Assembly: GCA_051362555.1 (NCBI GenBank)
Contig: CM120647.1
Coordinates: 12,376,651 to 12,440,650, forward strand
Direction of reading: 5' to 3'
Source of the DNA: Lingula anatina
Lineage: Eukaryota; Animalia; Brachiopoda
DNA: 64,000 nucleotides
Positions 24,640 through 36,567 of this stretch are shown here, one piece after another. The notes under the pieces are model-generated. The model was given only the letters and a program-made list of their open reading frames with translations, did not search any database and was not told the origin of the DNA. How positions within the stretch are numbered: the stretch's first letter is position 1; every line of letters begins with the position of its first letter. The position numbers were made by a program, and so were the translations under genes.

Positions 24640-26000
24640 CACCCTCGACTCAAGCACAGATTTCGTAATCATACCAAAAAGCTACGACTCATTTGAAGCG
24701 ATGAACAGCTGAATGTGCTTTACCCTGGGCTCTTGAGGTCAACAAAAGTTCACTTGACCATTATACGCATTGCACGTGCGTTTTGGCAAGTATGCGTGTC
24801 TTGAATTTGAATGCCAAATTAATAAAATATGTTTTTTTTTTCTGCAAACATGCTGTATAGATTAACCTCGGCAATCGCTGGCGCGCAACACTGTTCGTTT
24901 CTTTAACATTAAAACATCGAAATACTTTAATTTTTGTCGAAATAATTGTCCGCAGAAATAAGAAATCCAAAACGTCTGTGTTCGTTTTGAATCAGCCTAC
25001 ATAAACTTCATCAAAATTGGAAATGTTATAATTGTCATCACCATTAATTTGAAAATATTTTTATTGTTATCTTTTATTTTCAAAGTATTTTCAACTTACC
25101 TCACGAGGGCCACAGGACGTTTGAATTTATGAATTACCATGTTTTTACACTTATGAAATAAAATTCAATAAATAGATTAAAAATAAATATGACATCTTCA
25201 CGATGCCATTTAATTATTTTTTTTTAATACACGGTTCCGTGCAAAACATTTTTATTCATACGAATGATTCATAAATTAGTTAGCTGATAGACAAAAAGCG
25301 CTAAAAAGATCAAGCGAAAAGGACCTAAAGAGACATGTCCACATCTAGCACAAGAGTATATTGTGTATTTTTTATTTATTTGATATAAGGAGTTTACGTC
25401 GTGGATACAAAATATCCATTTTATTTACGTAGGCTCAATTTGCAAACATGGTCAATGGACTCTGTTTTCGGTTCGCCCACAATTTCAAAAACTGACTTGA
25501 AAATGCAGTTGCACGTAGTGTTACACACAACTGAAAAAAATGGCATTTCGCATCGATGATAGGCAAATAAATCGGGCTTAAACTAAATTAATTTAAGAGG
25601 ACTGTTCGAACCAATATACCGTTGCCTTTACCTTTGAGCTAACCTGTCTCAATTGTGATTCACGTAAACATACTGTCATTTTTTCCGTGATAAAAACGTA
25701 CTTTTTTCTTATATTTGCATCACGTGATATCGTCGAGACCACGTGGTAAAGGCAGTAAAGTTTACATTCAAAGTTCATCCCGGGGTAGAGCACAGCTGAC
25801 AGGCTCATCAGCCTCATCATCAACGAAACGCACGTGAAACACTTAAGTTACAAAACTGAACGCGTGGTCAATAATTACCACGAGGAAGAGAGTGTTTCGC
25901 GGGTCTTTGCTGCTGGTTGAATGATTTCCCACATGTGGGTTGCATTGATTGTCCGCGTGTTGTCGTCTGCCGGTGACGCCACTCGACCTTGAGGAACAGG

Positions 26001-26043
26001 TATAAAAGGTGCGTCGGTATGGCATAATCCACACAGACGCTGA
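26001..26043 (+). promoter_or_regulatory. HrF core promoter: TATA + CAGACGCTGA
   Basis: TATAAAA 26001-26007; motif 26034-26043. Confidence 0.75.
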
Positions 26044-26095
26044 CCACACTGTTACCTGTTGCCTGAAGCCGACAGAGACGTCTTATCCTACCGCC

Positions 26096-27608
26096 ATGGC
26101 AAAAATCCCAGCACCTTTCGAATGGAGCGAGGAGTTCAAGACCGGCGTATGTATCAAATATTATATTTTTTTTTTCAAAAAAAGGAAATTCTCTCTGTAG
26201 TTTCTTGTCCATTTATTGATTCATTCACTCATTCGTTGTTTACTCTGCGTTCATAATGTGGTTGGGGACCGCCTTCAGTGTGTTAGCGATAAGGAATCAA
26301 AGAGAGCATTCCCAGCAGAGTTGATCCGCGAACTAACTGATCTGTCGATCAAATATTGCCGACACGCTTGTAAGCTTGCAGAATAATCCCCCAATAGTCA
26401 CTGAATAGATTCCCCGCGGGGATTACGAGGCTAGCTTTCAAGTGGGTCGGACGTTTTTACCCACGGATCTGTTAGACCAGGCCTCTGTTGTGGATGAGGC
26501 CAAAAGGCCTATGAAAGGCCGCTGTGACTTGCAGCCTAATGTTTGAGGTCCCACTAGCCAGTTACCAGAATCACATAATTTACGTAGCGATGTTTAATGT
26601 AACCATTTTCTTTATCAAATACAGCGCTAACTTAGTTTACGTAAAAATGATCAGAATACACACGTATGACCGTATCTTTTATTTTATCAGTAGTATGATC
26701 TGTGTTCTTGGCGAATATCCCTTTTTCACGCAGTTGCTGAGAAGATCGAGGGGGCATTGAAATAGATCTGGGTCTTTTTATTGTCCGTAAAGGACGGCAA
26801 CAGCGAAATAGTTTAAATCACATACAGACACGAGAAACCAAAACCTATTCTATCAAATGTACTTACATATTTATTTTTGTTTACATTTGCTGTTGTAGGT
26901 TAGGAGTGGCTGCATTTCTGTTTGTAAACATAATATTTAGTCATGGTAACATTGCTAATTCGAAATGAATTAGCCACAAACAAAATAGAATAGAATAGAA
27001 AAGTAACGAATAGAGATAGTGATCAGTTGTCTTTCACTTCATCTGTTTTTTTTTTTTTTTTTCAGTATGAAAGCCTTGACAACGAACACAGAACCCTCTT
27101 CAATAGCCTGTTTGCCCTCTCCGAGTTCAACACTCGTGACCAGCTGGAAGCTTGCAAGGAGTGCTTTGTGATGCATTTCCGTGATGAGCAGGTAAGAGCA
27201 TTTGTGACCACCGACTAACTGACTGTGTGACTGATTGAGGTTTGGCCTCCTAAATACACACTGACTCTCTTACTGACTAACTGACCGACTAAATGACTGA
27301 GTGCGGACAGATTAACTGACGACAGATTGACTAACTGTAATGTAGAAGTAATAGTGGTAGTAGTAGTAGTAGTAGGTGTAACCATAGTACAGAAGAATGT
27401 ATGTTCAAAGTGTCCAGTGTAAAAAGAGATATTGAAAAGTCTGCGTTTTTCGTCAATTGTAGGGGCAAATGCTGCGTGCCAACTACGTTCACATGGATGA
27501 ACATACTGCCATTCACGAATCATTTCTGGAGCAGTTGGGCAAGTGGAAGGCACCCGTTGCCCAAGGTGATATAGAAAGTGGAATGAAATGGTAAGTCTGT
27601 ATAGTTTT

Positions 27609-27680
<72 letters not shown>

Positions 27681-28375
27681 ATTTACATGCCTTTAAAGGC
27701 ATGCATTGTGCGATATTCGTGTAGCAAAACATATATAAACTTTTTTGGGGGGATTCAAACTGTTGATATAATCAACGCCGATTTAAGAGTAGGCTTAGGC
27801 TGCGTTCACATGAAAAATCTATTTTCTAAAAATCTAAAAATCTATTTGCGGTATATTGTGACGGCGTAATTACTGGCAGCGCCGAGAATTAATTACAGCT
27901 TTGGAAGTAACTGGCTCGCGCTGCCCGTAATTACGCCGTGGGGTATTCAGGGCACAGACCGTAATCACAAGATACCGAAAATAGATTTTAGATTTTTAGA
28001 AAATAGATTTTTCATGTGAACGCAGCCTTATACCTCCCATTCCACAACATGGGGGTACTCTTTTAATTTAATTCAGTCTTAGTATTTCAAATGGAAATTT
28101 CAAACCACTGAAAGGAGACAATAGTGTGTAAATATTTTTCTAAACGGCTAGATTGTTGTGTTGACCTAAAACTATCTACTTGTTAAATATTTTTTGTAAC
28201 ATTTTGGAAAGTGACTCGTATATCTGCACTAAAATGATACGACAATGTTACCGAAGTTCCCCACTGGTATAAATAAAATGTCTTATCTACAAAAGCTTAC
28301 CTGCAACTATCCTCCTATTTTAGGCTCACCCATCACATCCCAACGGAAGACTTCAAGTACAAGAACAAATTGTAA
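26096..28375 (+). CDS. Hemerythrin, divergent alpha-like (HrF), 118 aa; exons 26096-26146, 27066-27191, 27463-27590, 28324-28375
   Basis: MAKIPAPFEWSEEFKTG|YESLDNEHRTLFNSLFALSEFNTRDQLEACKECFVMHFRDEQ|GQMLRANYVHMDEHTAIHESFLEQLGKWKAPVAQGDIESGMKW|LTHHIPTEDFKYKNKL*; ligands intact; all introns GT-AG. Confidence 0.95.
27609..27675. repeat. (TC)n(AC)n compound microsatellite
   Basis: Read directly. Confidence 0.95.
27798..28027. mobile_element. PIF/Harbinger-type MITE in HrF intron 3
   Basis: Long TIRs GGCTGCGTTCACATGAAAAATCTATTTTCTAAAAATCTAAAA; TTA on both sides. Confidence 0.88.
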
Positions 28376-28394
28376 ATGGAGCGAACGGAACAAC

Positions 28395-28408
28395 ACGCCA
28401 TCTATCGG
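28395..28408 (-). promoter_or_regulatory. CTCF-like motif in HrF 3' UTR (CCGATAGATGGCGT on -)
   Basis: 19 nt after the stop. Confidence 0.5.
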
Positions 28409-29036
28409 ACTGTGCAGATATTATATGTACGAACACGTGGAAATAATCAGTCTTAAATTGGTTGCTTCGGTACGAGTCAATCATGTAAAGTACCATGGCT
28501 TTAGACCAATATGCGCTTTGCCATTTGCTAATGATTTGGAAAAAAAAATAAATAGCTTTCATGTGACCCAATTATTTTCTTGTTTATTTTCTATATTTGG
28601 ATCAGTTCGAGCATACGCAAGCTTTATTGTAACATATTAATCTCAATTGCAAAATAACGGCATGTATGTACTGCCAGTGCCCAATACACATTAAAGCACA
28701 ACAGTGTATCAACTTTTCTAGTTGTTCTCATTATATTGTTTGATGAACGCATGAAGACGTAATCTGTTGGTACATCAATCGCCGATTATTTATATTTCTA
28801 TATCGTTAAGGTTCACTGTGTAGGGTTTTCCCGCGAAAAATACATACTTGACGAATTATCCTGGTGTTAAACAGCATTTTTTCCGACAAACCTGCATTCG
28901 CTTATCATTCCGCGACAGTCGACATAACTCTGCTACAATCTGGAAAAATGAAGAAGGTTTTTACCCGCGCCTTTTTTCCAAATCCAACCATTCCTTTAGC
29001 ACTGACTTCTTGTCCCTATTGCACAAAGGTACCTAA

Positions 29037-29243
29037 GGGTGCATTCCCATAGATCGATCTATCCCCGTGGGGAGTCTCACTACATTACTGTCAGATAATC
29101 CGGCTTAAATGTCCTTCCCGCCTACTACAAGCTGTAAGGGGGTAATTAACTTTTGTGCCCGCTCGGCTGACAGCTATTTAGCGTGAACCCCCAGGGAGTT
29201 AGGTCGATTTAGTTGGATCGATCTCATCTCTGGGAATGGGGTC
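29037..29243 (+). mobile_element. Tourist/Harbinger-like MITE family 1, copy 1
   Basis: TAA TSD; imperfect TIRs (CATTCCCA.AGAT); internal sequence shared with copies at 31084, 53763, 59767. Confidence 0.85.
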
Positions 29244-31083
29244 TAAGCCAGCTTCCCTGACTGTGAACTTGGTTACCAACATTACATGATCACAAGCACA
29301 CATCTTGCCCTATCAGGAACAGTATTGCAGCATCCTCATTGAAATTCTCGTCAACTAAGCCAGGGAATTGACTTAAGTTTATATGTGAAACCGGGGCCTA
29401 TAGTTAGACAAAACTGTACTAGTAACAAGATAGCTGGCGGCGATGTTTGTCACGAGAAGGGAAATTTGATCTTTTGCGACATCAGTTTGCGTCATTTATT
29501 TGTAAAATGTGATCAAAACGCATCCTATTTCCTCAGATAATTTCAACTGGCGGTTTATGTAATGAACCTGTGTTAAAGGCTTCCTCTTTGTCATTTTAGG
29601 CATATGCAGGGATATTTCATAATTTGTACCTTTTACATGGGATATATCAGATGCAAGTGTATAATTACAAATGTTCATCGCATTCTAAGTAAAACTAGAC
29701 AAGGAACAATTGACCATCAGCTAAAACTCCCCTCCCAATAAATAAAAAAGTTACATAGATGAAATATTTGGGCATAAAAAAAACGGATGGAGCAATTTGC
29801 ATACGTAAGTGAAAATATTCTTAACAAAAACGTTCCGCATGGGCAAGCGTAAAGATAATGTCACACACAATGCAAAGACTCACAGTACGTACGGTTAACT
29901 TACGACCTGCTGTATGTACGAGTGAATGACAATGTTGTTATTTAAGTTTGCCCTTGGATAATTCCACTAAAAGTAACGACCGCACATCACGCTATATAAA
30001 AACGTATGGGTCCGGATAAACAACTGTTACACTGTGTCCTTAATCGAGAATAAAAAAATATACACGTATATGACGTCGGGCAGATGTTTTTCTACAAAAT
30101 GTCATAATTTGTGCAGAGATAAAACGCATTTTTAATACTGTATACCTGTGTTTTCTCTAAAAAATCTTTTCTCTATAAAACCAGATTATAAATCATTATT
30201 TCACAGCTGTCTCAGACAATCTTTTCTCTACCTTTATGAATATCATATCGGTTTGTTATTCCATCAGTGAAAGGAGGAAAAAAAATTCAATTTATACAGC
30301 GAACAGATCCATTGAGAGAACCCTGTTAATGCCACTGTGTGCAGTGTAAATAGTGCATTAAAATACTGTATACACCTGACGCGCCTTTGTCTAACTACAG
30401 TTGTTATAAAAGTCCAGACTAAAATCTACCCATAGTATGAAAAATATTCAATAGGCAAAGAATATTTCTCTGTGAACATAAATTATTTCAGTCAGTGAAC
30501 ATGGTGGTTGCCTTGGAAGGGGCGGATCCGGGGGGGGGGGGGGGTCTTAAAGGGGTCCAATTTAGCACTCTTTGGCTGATCTCTCAAGTCTATGAGTATT
30601 ATTTATTTATTTTATTGATAATATATATTTCATTTTAAAAGAAAACGCTCACTTAAAATCTGACAATTATAGACTTATGAAATATTTTAGACCGCAGACA
30701 TATCGCAGTGATGATAATTAATTCGGGGGGGGGGGCGTCAGTATCAAACCCCTTATAGAAATCTCTAGATCCGCCCTGGTAAGCCAGCTCTTTAAATAGA
30801 AAATCTATGTTAATGTGCGGTTGACGTGAAATGCGACCTCTTATGACAGTGTAAACCAGTTCATTGCTATACACTGTCAAGGATAGGCTGCGGTAATGGA
30901 TATGTATTTTCCGCTTTTTTTTCTTTTTTCATGAAGAAACTGAGTCATTCTTGCGGCATAACAATTGATAATCTGGCCTTAACCTTGGATTCCACAGATT
31001 AAAAACGCAAACACGAACTCGAGGAGAAACGAGGAAGTGAAAAGGTAGGGTTTGTTAGGTGCCATTATGTTGTAGCACACTAA

Positions 31084-31298
31084 GGCTCTGTTCTCACAAC
31101 TTTTAGATCGATCTATCACCGCGGGGAGTCTCACTAGATTACTGTCAGATAATCCCCCTTAAGTGTCCGTCCCCGCCTACTACAAGCTTTAAGGGGTAAT
31201 TAACTTTCGTGTCCGCCCGGCTGACAGCTATTTAGCGTGAACCCCCAGGGAGTTAGGTCGATCCAATGTAGGTCGATCTAATCTATGAGAATGGGGTG
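31084..31298 (+). mobile_element. MITE family 1, copy 2
   Basis: TAA TSD; aligns by eye with 29037-29243. Confidence 0.85.
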
Positions 31299-32769
31299 TA
31301 AGGTATTCTAATTATACAGCGAGTAGCATCAATGAAACAATATACATATCAGGGATCTATGGAGTTAATATACCATAGGAGGGGTTAACCTCTTTCTTAT
31401 TTATGACAGAAGAATATGAATTTGATTTCGAGTTGAATTAAAATCATGTTATATTCAGAGGTTTGGTTTGGGGTAAGGGGTGGATTTAATATCCCTTCCG
31501 ATCTATACCCAAATTATAACAGCAGGCAACACCCTATAATATAGCAACAGGCACGATAAAATGGCTTAACACTGCTGTCGATTGAAAGGGAATCAATACG
31601 ACGTATCGCCGTCACCTATGTGAAGTCTCGAATTCCAGTGTTTTTATTGTCAGTGAAGCATAAGCAATGCCTTGAATATAAATACCAATACTGTTACGTG
31701 ATTTATTTACTTAGGCGTCATGAGACGTAATGGTCTCTTTTGCTGTGCGCAATGTTCACTGGCCCTTGATATTCATTCGCCCTATACTTATGTCATACAT
31801 CCATAATTCCGTTTCTGCAACCGTGACGCCAAGTATTTAGTATTATTATTACTTACATTATTGATGTCATATATAAACACGTTCTGTATTGCCATATATA
31901 GACAAGAAAACACCTGTCGCTGCATATTAATAATACATGTATATAGGTTGGTTTTGTGGTAATTCATTCAACATCTGTATACAACGTTTTGAAAGCATGT
32001 TCATACTGGGGTTTATTTAACCGTAAAAAAAAACAATATGACGTCATCAAACGGTCACATTACACAAGAGCCCATTCACGTCTCTGGTGCATGAGAAATG
32101 TCGTATCACATGAAATTTGGTTGAATTTTAATGGGTAAGTTTTTCAAAAATTTAAATCTGAAGTTTCCCCTGCTTTTTAACATGTGATGTATAGACTATG
32201 CGTGAAGCCGTGTAATCGGTGTCAGTTCGCGATGCTTTAAGCTTGTCTCTTAGAGCGAATTCAGAACAGCTGACTATCAGATTAACGGATCAAATATGGC
32301 CGAGCCACTTGAATGCTTGTTGCGTAATTCCCGCGAGGAATCTATCCAGTGTCTAATTGGGAATTAAGCTGCAAGGGCTTTTTAGTCGGTCGCCATATTT
32401 GATCCGCGGATCTGTAAGTTTGCTGTTCTGAACGTGCTCATAGTTACTTACATCAACCTTGGTCGCCTAGCCTCAACTTTGTTAGCTGCACTCACACTGA
32501 GAACCATAAGGAGCACCCATTGTTTTTTGTTTAATAAGGATGTATCAAAGCAGGCAAACGGACTAAGTTTACACACTTTAGCACCTTTATGTATTGTAAT
32601 ATGGTATTCTACGTTTGTACCTCCGCACACAAAGTATGATATAATCAAAATAAAAAAATAAATCTACTTATCTCTTGATTAAAGGTCAACTGAAGCTAAC
32701 AGGGAGAAATAAGAAAGAAAGAAAAAATACAAAAGAAACACCATAACAATATTGAAAAAAACAAAAAAG

Positions 32770-35700
32770 ATGGCCAAGCACATAATCATAGTCCACGGCT
32801 ACCTGCTGAGCGGTTCAGGGTCTAACATCTACTCCTGTAACCTGACAATGCAATGGAAGAAACAGGGTCATGCCGTCACCGTGTTCTGCCAGGACCCGCA
32901 GGCTGGAACCTACGACTGGGTGGACGAGTTCTTTACCTCCAAGGTGAATATTTTTTTTTTTAATTTACTTCAATTATAGATTGATTTTATGTTTTAAGAT
33001 ATTACATTATGCAGGGGCGGATCCAGGATTATTAGGAGGGGGGTCCGCGGATGCGAAGCCGAACCTTCCCCCCTTGGCTTTGGTACTAGAGGGCGAATGG
33101 TGTCCCATGGTACGGTTTAGAACTATGGTTCAGCTGGTCAATATTTTGATTTCAAGAAGGGACCATTGGTGTGATTTTTTTCAGAAATCGAGGGGGGGCT
33201 CGGGACCCCTTGGCACCCGTCCTAAATCCGCCACTGAGAACTTCCGCCCAATTTCAGTATGCATATTGAACAAAACTAGTGCTGGATGGGCTTAAAGTAC
33301 CTTTGTAGTGTGTTTATTACATTTTATTTAGTGGACATCATCACAGTGTCAAGTCTTATTGGCCATTGCTAATCTATGTACTTATACGTGGATATTTCAC
33401 CTCTGTTAGTGCCAACAACAAGCTCCCCGTTACTGTTGATATCAACTGACACGGCAAGCTCAATTTTGTCTCTCTCTGTCAAAATGTAACGTAGAAATCT
33501 TCCGTCTGAACCAAGCACAACCACCCTGTTATTGCACCAGTCAGCTATGAATATGTGTCCAAACTTATCTATGCACACTCCCTCTGGGAAACTCAGTTGT
33601 CCGTCTCGACTCCCACTCTGTCCTTTTGTTCCATATTGGAACATGACGTCACCCTGGGGTGTCACTGCAAACACACAGTGTGTACTAACGTCGCTGACTA
33701 TGACTGCATTGATGCCGTGGTGGTACGCACAGCGCAGTGTGCCTATAGTGCACATTGGGATAGCGATTCTGTTAACAAGTTGAAAAAATTTCATGTCGTA
33801 CACACAGACGCACTGTGCACCACTATCACACACGTACACCTTACTCTCTGTACGGTCCATAGTGACACCCCAGGGGTCAGACATATCACCCTGACCAAAA
33901 CACCGTATAACCTGACCTGATGTTGCATACAGTCTACAGCACCTATCGTCACATGTGACCACGAATCTATTGTTACTGACTGTAGTGATACACCTCGCCC
34001 TTCTCTTTATACTGATCTCATGATTACATTGACCTGCACTGGAGAATACAGACATTGTTTTACTACAGGATATGCCACCATGTAAAACTAAAATACAACT
34101 GTCATCTGCACTGGATATCCCACAGGCCACGCTTAACATTAAAACATACATTCCGCTCGGCCGTACCAAGCCATGCGACTTTCTGAAATTCCATCAGCTC
34201 GGGATAGTACGCTGTCTTTTCTTTCAAACTTCCAAAATGTGCTTCCAAGTGACCCCGGAATGTTTTGGCCGTAATAGAACCCGTTTTGATGGACAGCGGC
34301 TTTGGCTCAGGAATTTCAGGAAACTGTAGCACAAGGTCCATATTTGATTCTCCGGGTGAAAATGTGACATCGGTGATCTTGATATAAAAGACTGGTTCAA
34401 ATGTCTCTAACTCCTGAATTCTAGTTTGGATTTTTTTAGAGTGGGTCATCACCTCGATGTCAGAACCGGTGTCTGTGAGCTGCTGAGCGAAATCACGAAT
34501 GCTCTGAATGGAAATCTTGTTCATTTCTAGCTTATCTTTTTCGGCTGTTAAAGTCTTCACCTGCGTGGAGGTGAGTGCCTTAACTTCTGCCGTCATTTTG
34601 TTGCTTTTGTCATTTATAACTCTTTGCATTTCGATGTAACCGAACTGTACTTTTGTTACGTACGTTTCCAAATGGTGTTTCACACTTGTTAAATACTCGT
34701 CAGTCTGTTGACGTACGTCTTTCTCTACTTGTTGATAATAAGTGCTGAGTTCTCTTTCAATGGTTTTACTATTTTCCTTTATCTCTTTGGTCAGAGCCAA
34801 TTTTTGAGAATCCACCAAAAAAAGAACCTTTGTCTGATTTTCTGCCAGCTTCTCTTCCGTTCTTACAATGGCTTTCTCCGCCTTTTCACAGCGAGACAGT
34901 TTTGCACTTGGGAGACATTTAAGTTTTTCTTGTATTAACTCCCTTTGAACCTTCGCCACATCTCCAATTTTTACAAAGTCGTGTTTACTGTGAGTTTCCA
35001 AAATACAATCTCTACATGCCACGGTGTCATCCTCTTCACAATAGAATGTCAACAACTCGCCGTCGTGTTTTTTGCAGTATTGAGATTTATCAAAAACGTG
35101 ATGTAACTGGTCTCGTATGTTAGCTGGGTTAACTGAGAAGTCGCCTTGTGACCGAGGCACGAGGTGATGTCCAGTTAATGCAGGGATGCTGTTATGCAAT
35201 TCACGGCATTTAGCACACAGTTGGCTGGTTTTGGGACAACCTTGGCACAGCAAAGTGGCCTCTTTATGCTTACAAGTCTCACAAAGTCTCCCCCCTGGCG
35301 CTTTCTGGTCTTTCATGAAGTCTGTGACCTTTCTTAGGAAGAAGTATTTCACGAGAGTTTCTAACCCACCTGGTGGTACGGGGGCCTCTTGGCGACACAC
35401 AGGACAGGAGAACTTGTTCTGGACACCATTTTTGGCTACATGGTCAGCAATGCATTCCAGGCAGAATGTGTGGTAACAGGGGAGCACTCTCGGGTCTTTA
35501 TATTCCCCCTGACATATATGACACGTTAACAAGTTCTCACTGAAGACGTTTTTATTCTCTTTCGAAGCCACTGCCATGGTATAGGCGCCCAGAATGGGCA
35601 CAGCTCCCCTCCCCCTACACCGTTGCGTACGCTTATTAAATCATTTAATAGACCAACTATACTGCTTCAAATTTGTCAACAATCAGGTGATGTTGTCAAT

Positions 35701-35884
35701 AATGAGAACGGTGTCAAAGTCTACATAGTCAGAAACGCCCAACCCTGCTATTATATACAAATGCAATGACGCATATTAATAAACACTGAAGTATTGTTTG
35801 ATAAATTTATCTATACACATCACAGTCAGTGCGATATCAGAGCACAGCATGATTTATCAGGAATGTGCTGCTGGCAGCGGTGCT

Positions 35885-35917
<33 letters not shown>

Positions 35918-36523
35918 GTGCCACTCTTACATGGCCTGTTAAAAGTCCTTATTCAAGTCAAATATGATTTTGGTGTTTTGGAAGGCAAATGGTGCCATTT
36001 GACACGGTTTAAAAGTATTCTTCAGCTTGTAAAAATTCTAATTCCAATAGGGGAGTATTTTCAGAAACCGAATTGGAGCCCAGCCTCCCCCCCCCCCTTT
36101 GACTCCCCTGCTAAATCCTCCACTGCTTCCATCAAACGTGATATCAGGGCTCAAGGTTGGTTGTTCCATCCTCATAACATTGTGTTTCAAAAAAAAAAAA
36201 AAAAAAAAGGAACAGTTATGTGCGTTATCATGATAAAACCTGCAATCACCTCTGAAGTTACCTCTTGCAAATGGAGTGAGATATCAGTTGAAAATGTAAT
36301 GGTAAAGGATCTTTAATAAATGAAACACCATTCATTTAAATATTGCCTTTCTATGTCATTAAGTGAAGCGATTCATCAATAATAAAAAAATAATTTTTAT
36401 TCCTGTCTTCGTGCTTCGATGGTTGGTCAAGCCACCAGGTATCGAATCGTATTTGACTTGATGACAAGCAAAATAAGGATCTTTAACAAGTCCTGTAAGA
36501 GTGGCACAACACCCACCCCCCCA

Positions 36524-36567
<44 letters not shown>

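Noticed and set aside
29990-31050. TATA box near 29995 and exon-like segment near 31000-31045 as a seventh hemerythrin
   Set aside because: No hemerythrin coding motifs; may be the glycosyltransferase promoter/5' UTR exon but cannot be supported from sequence alone.
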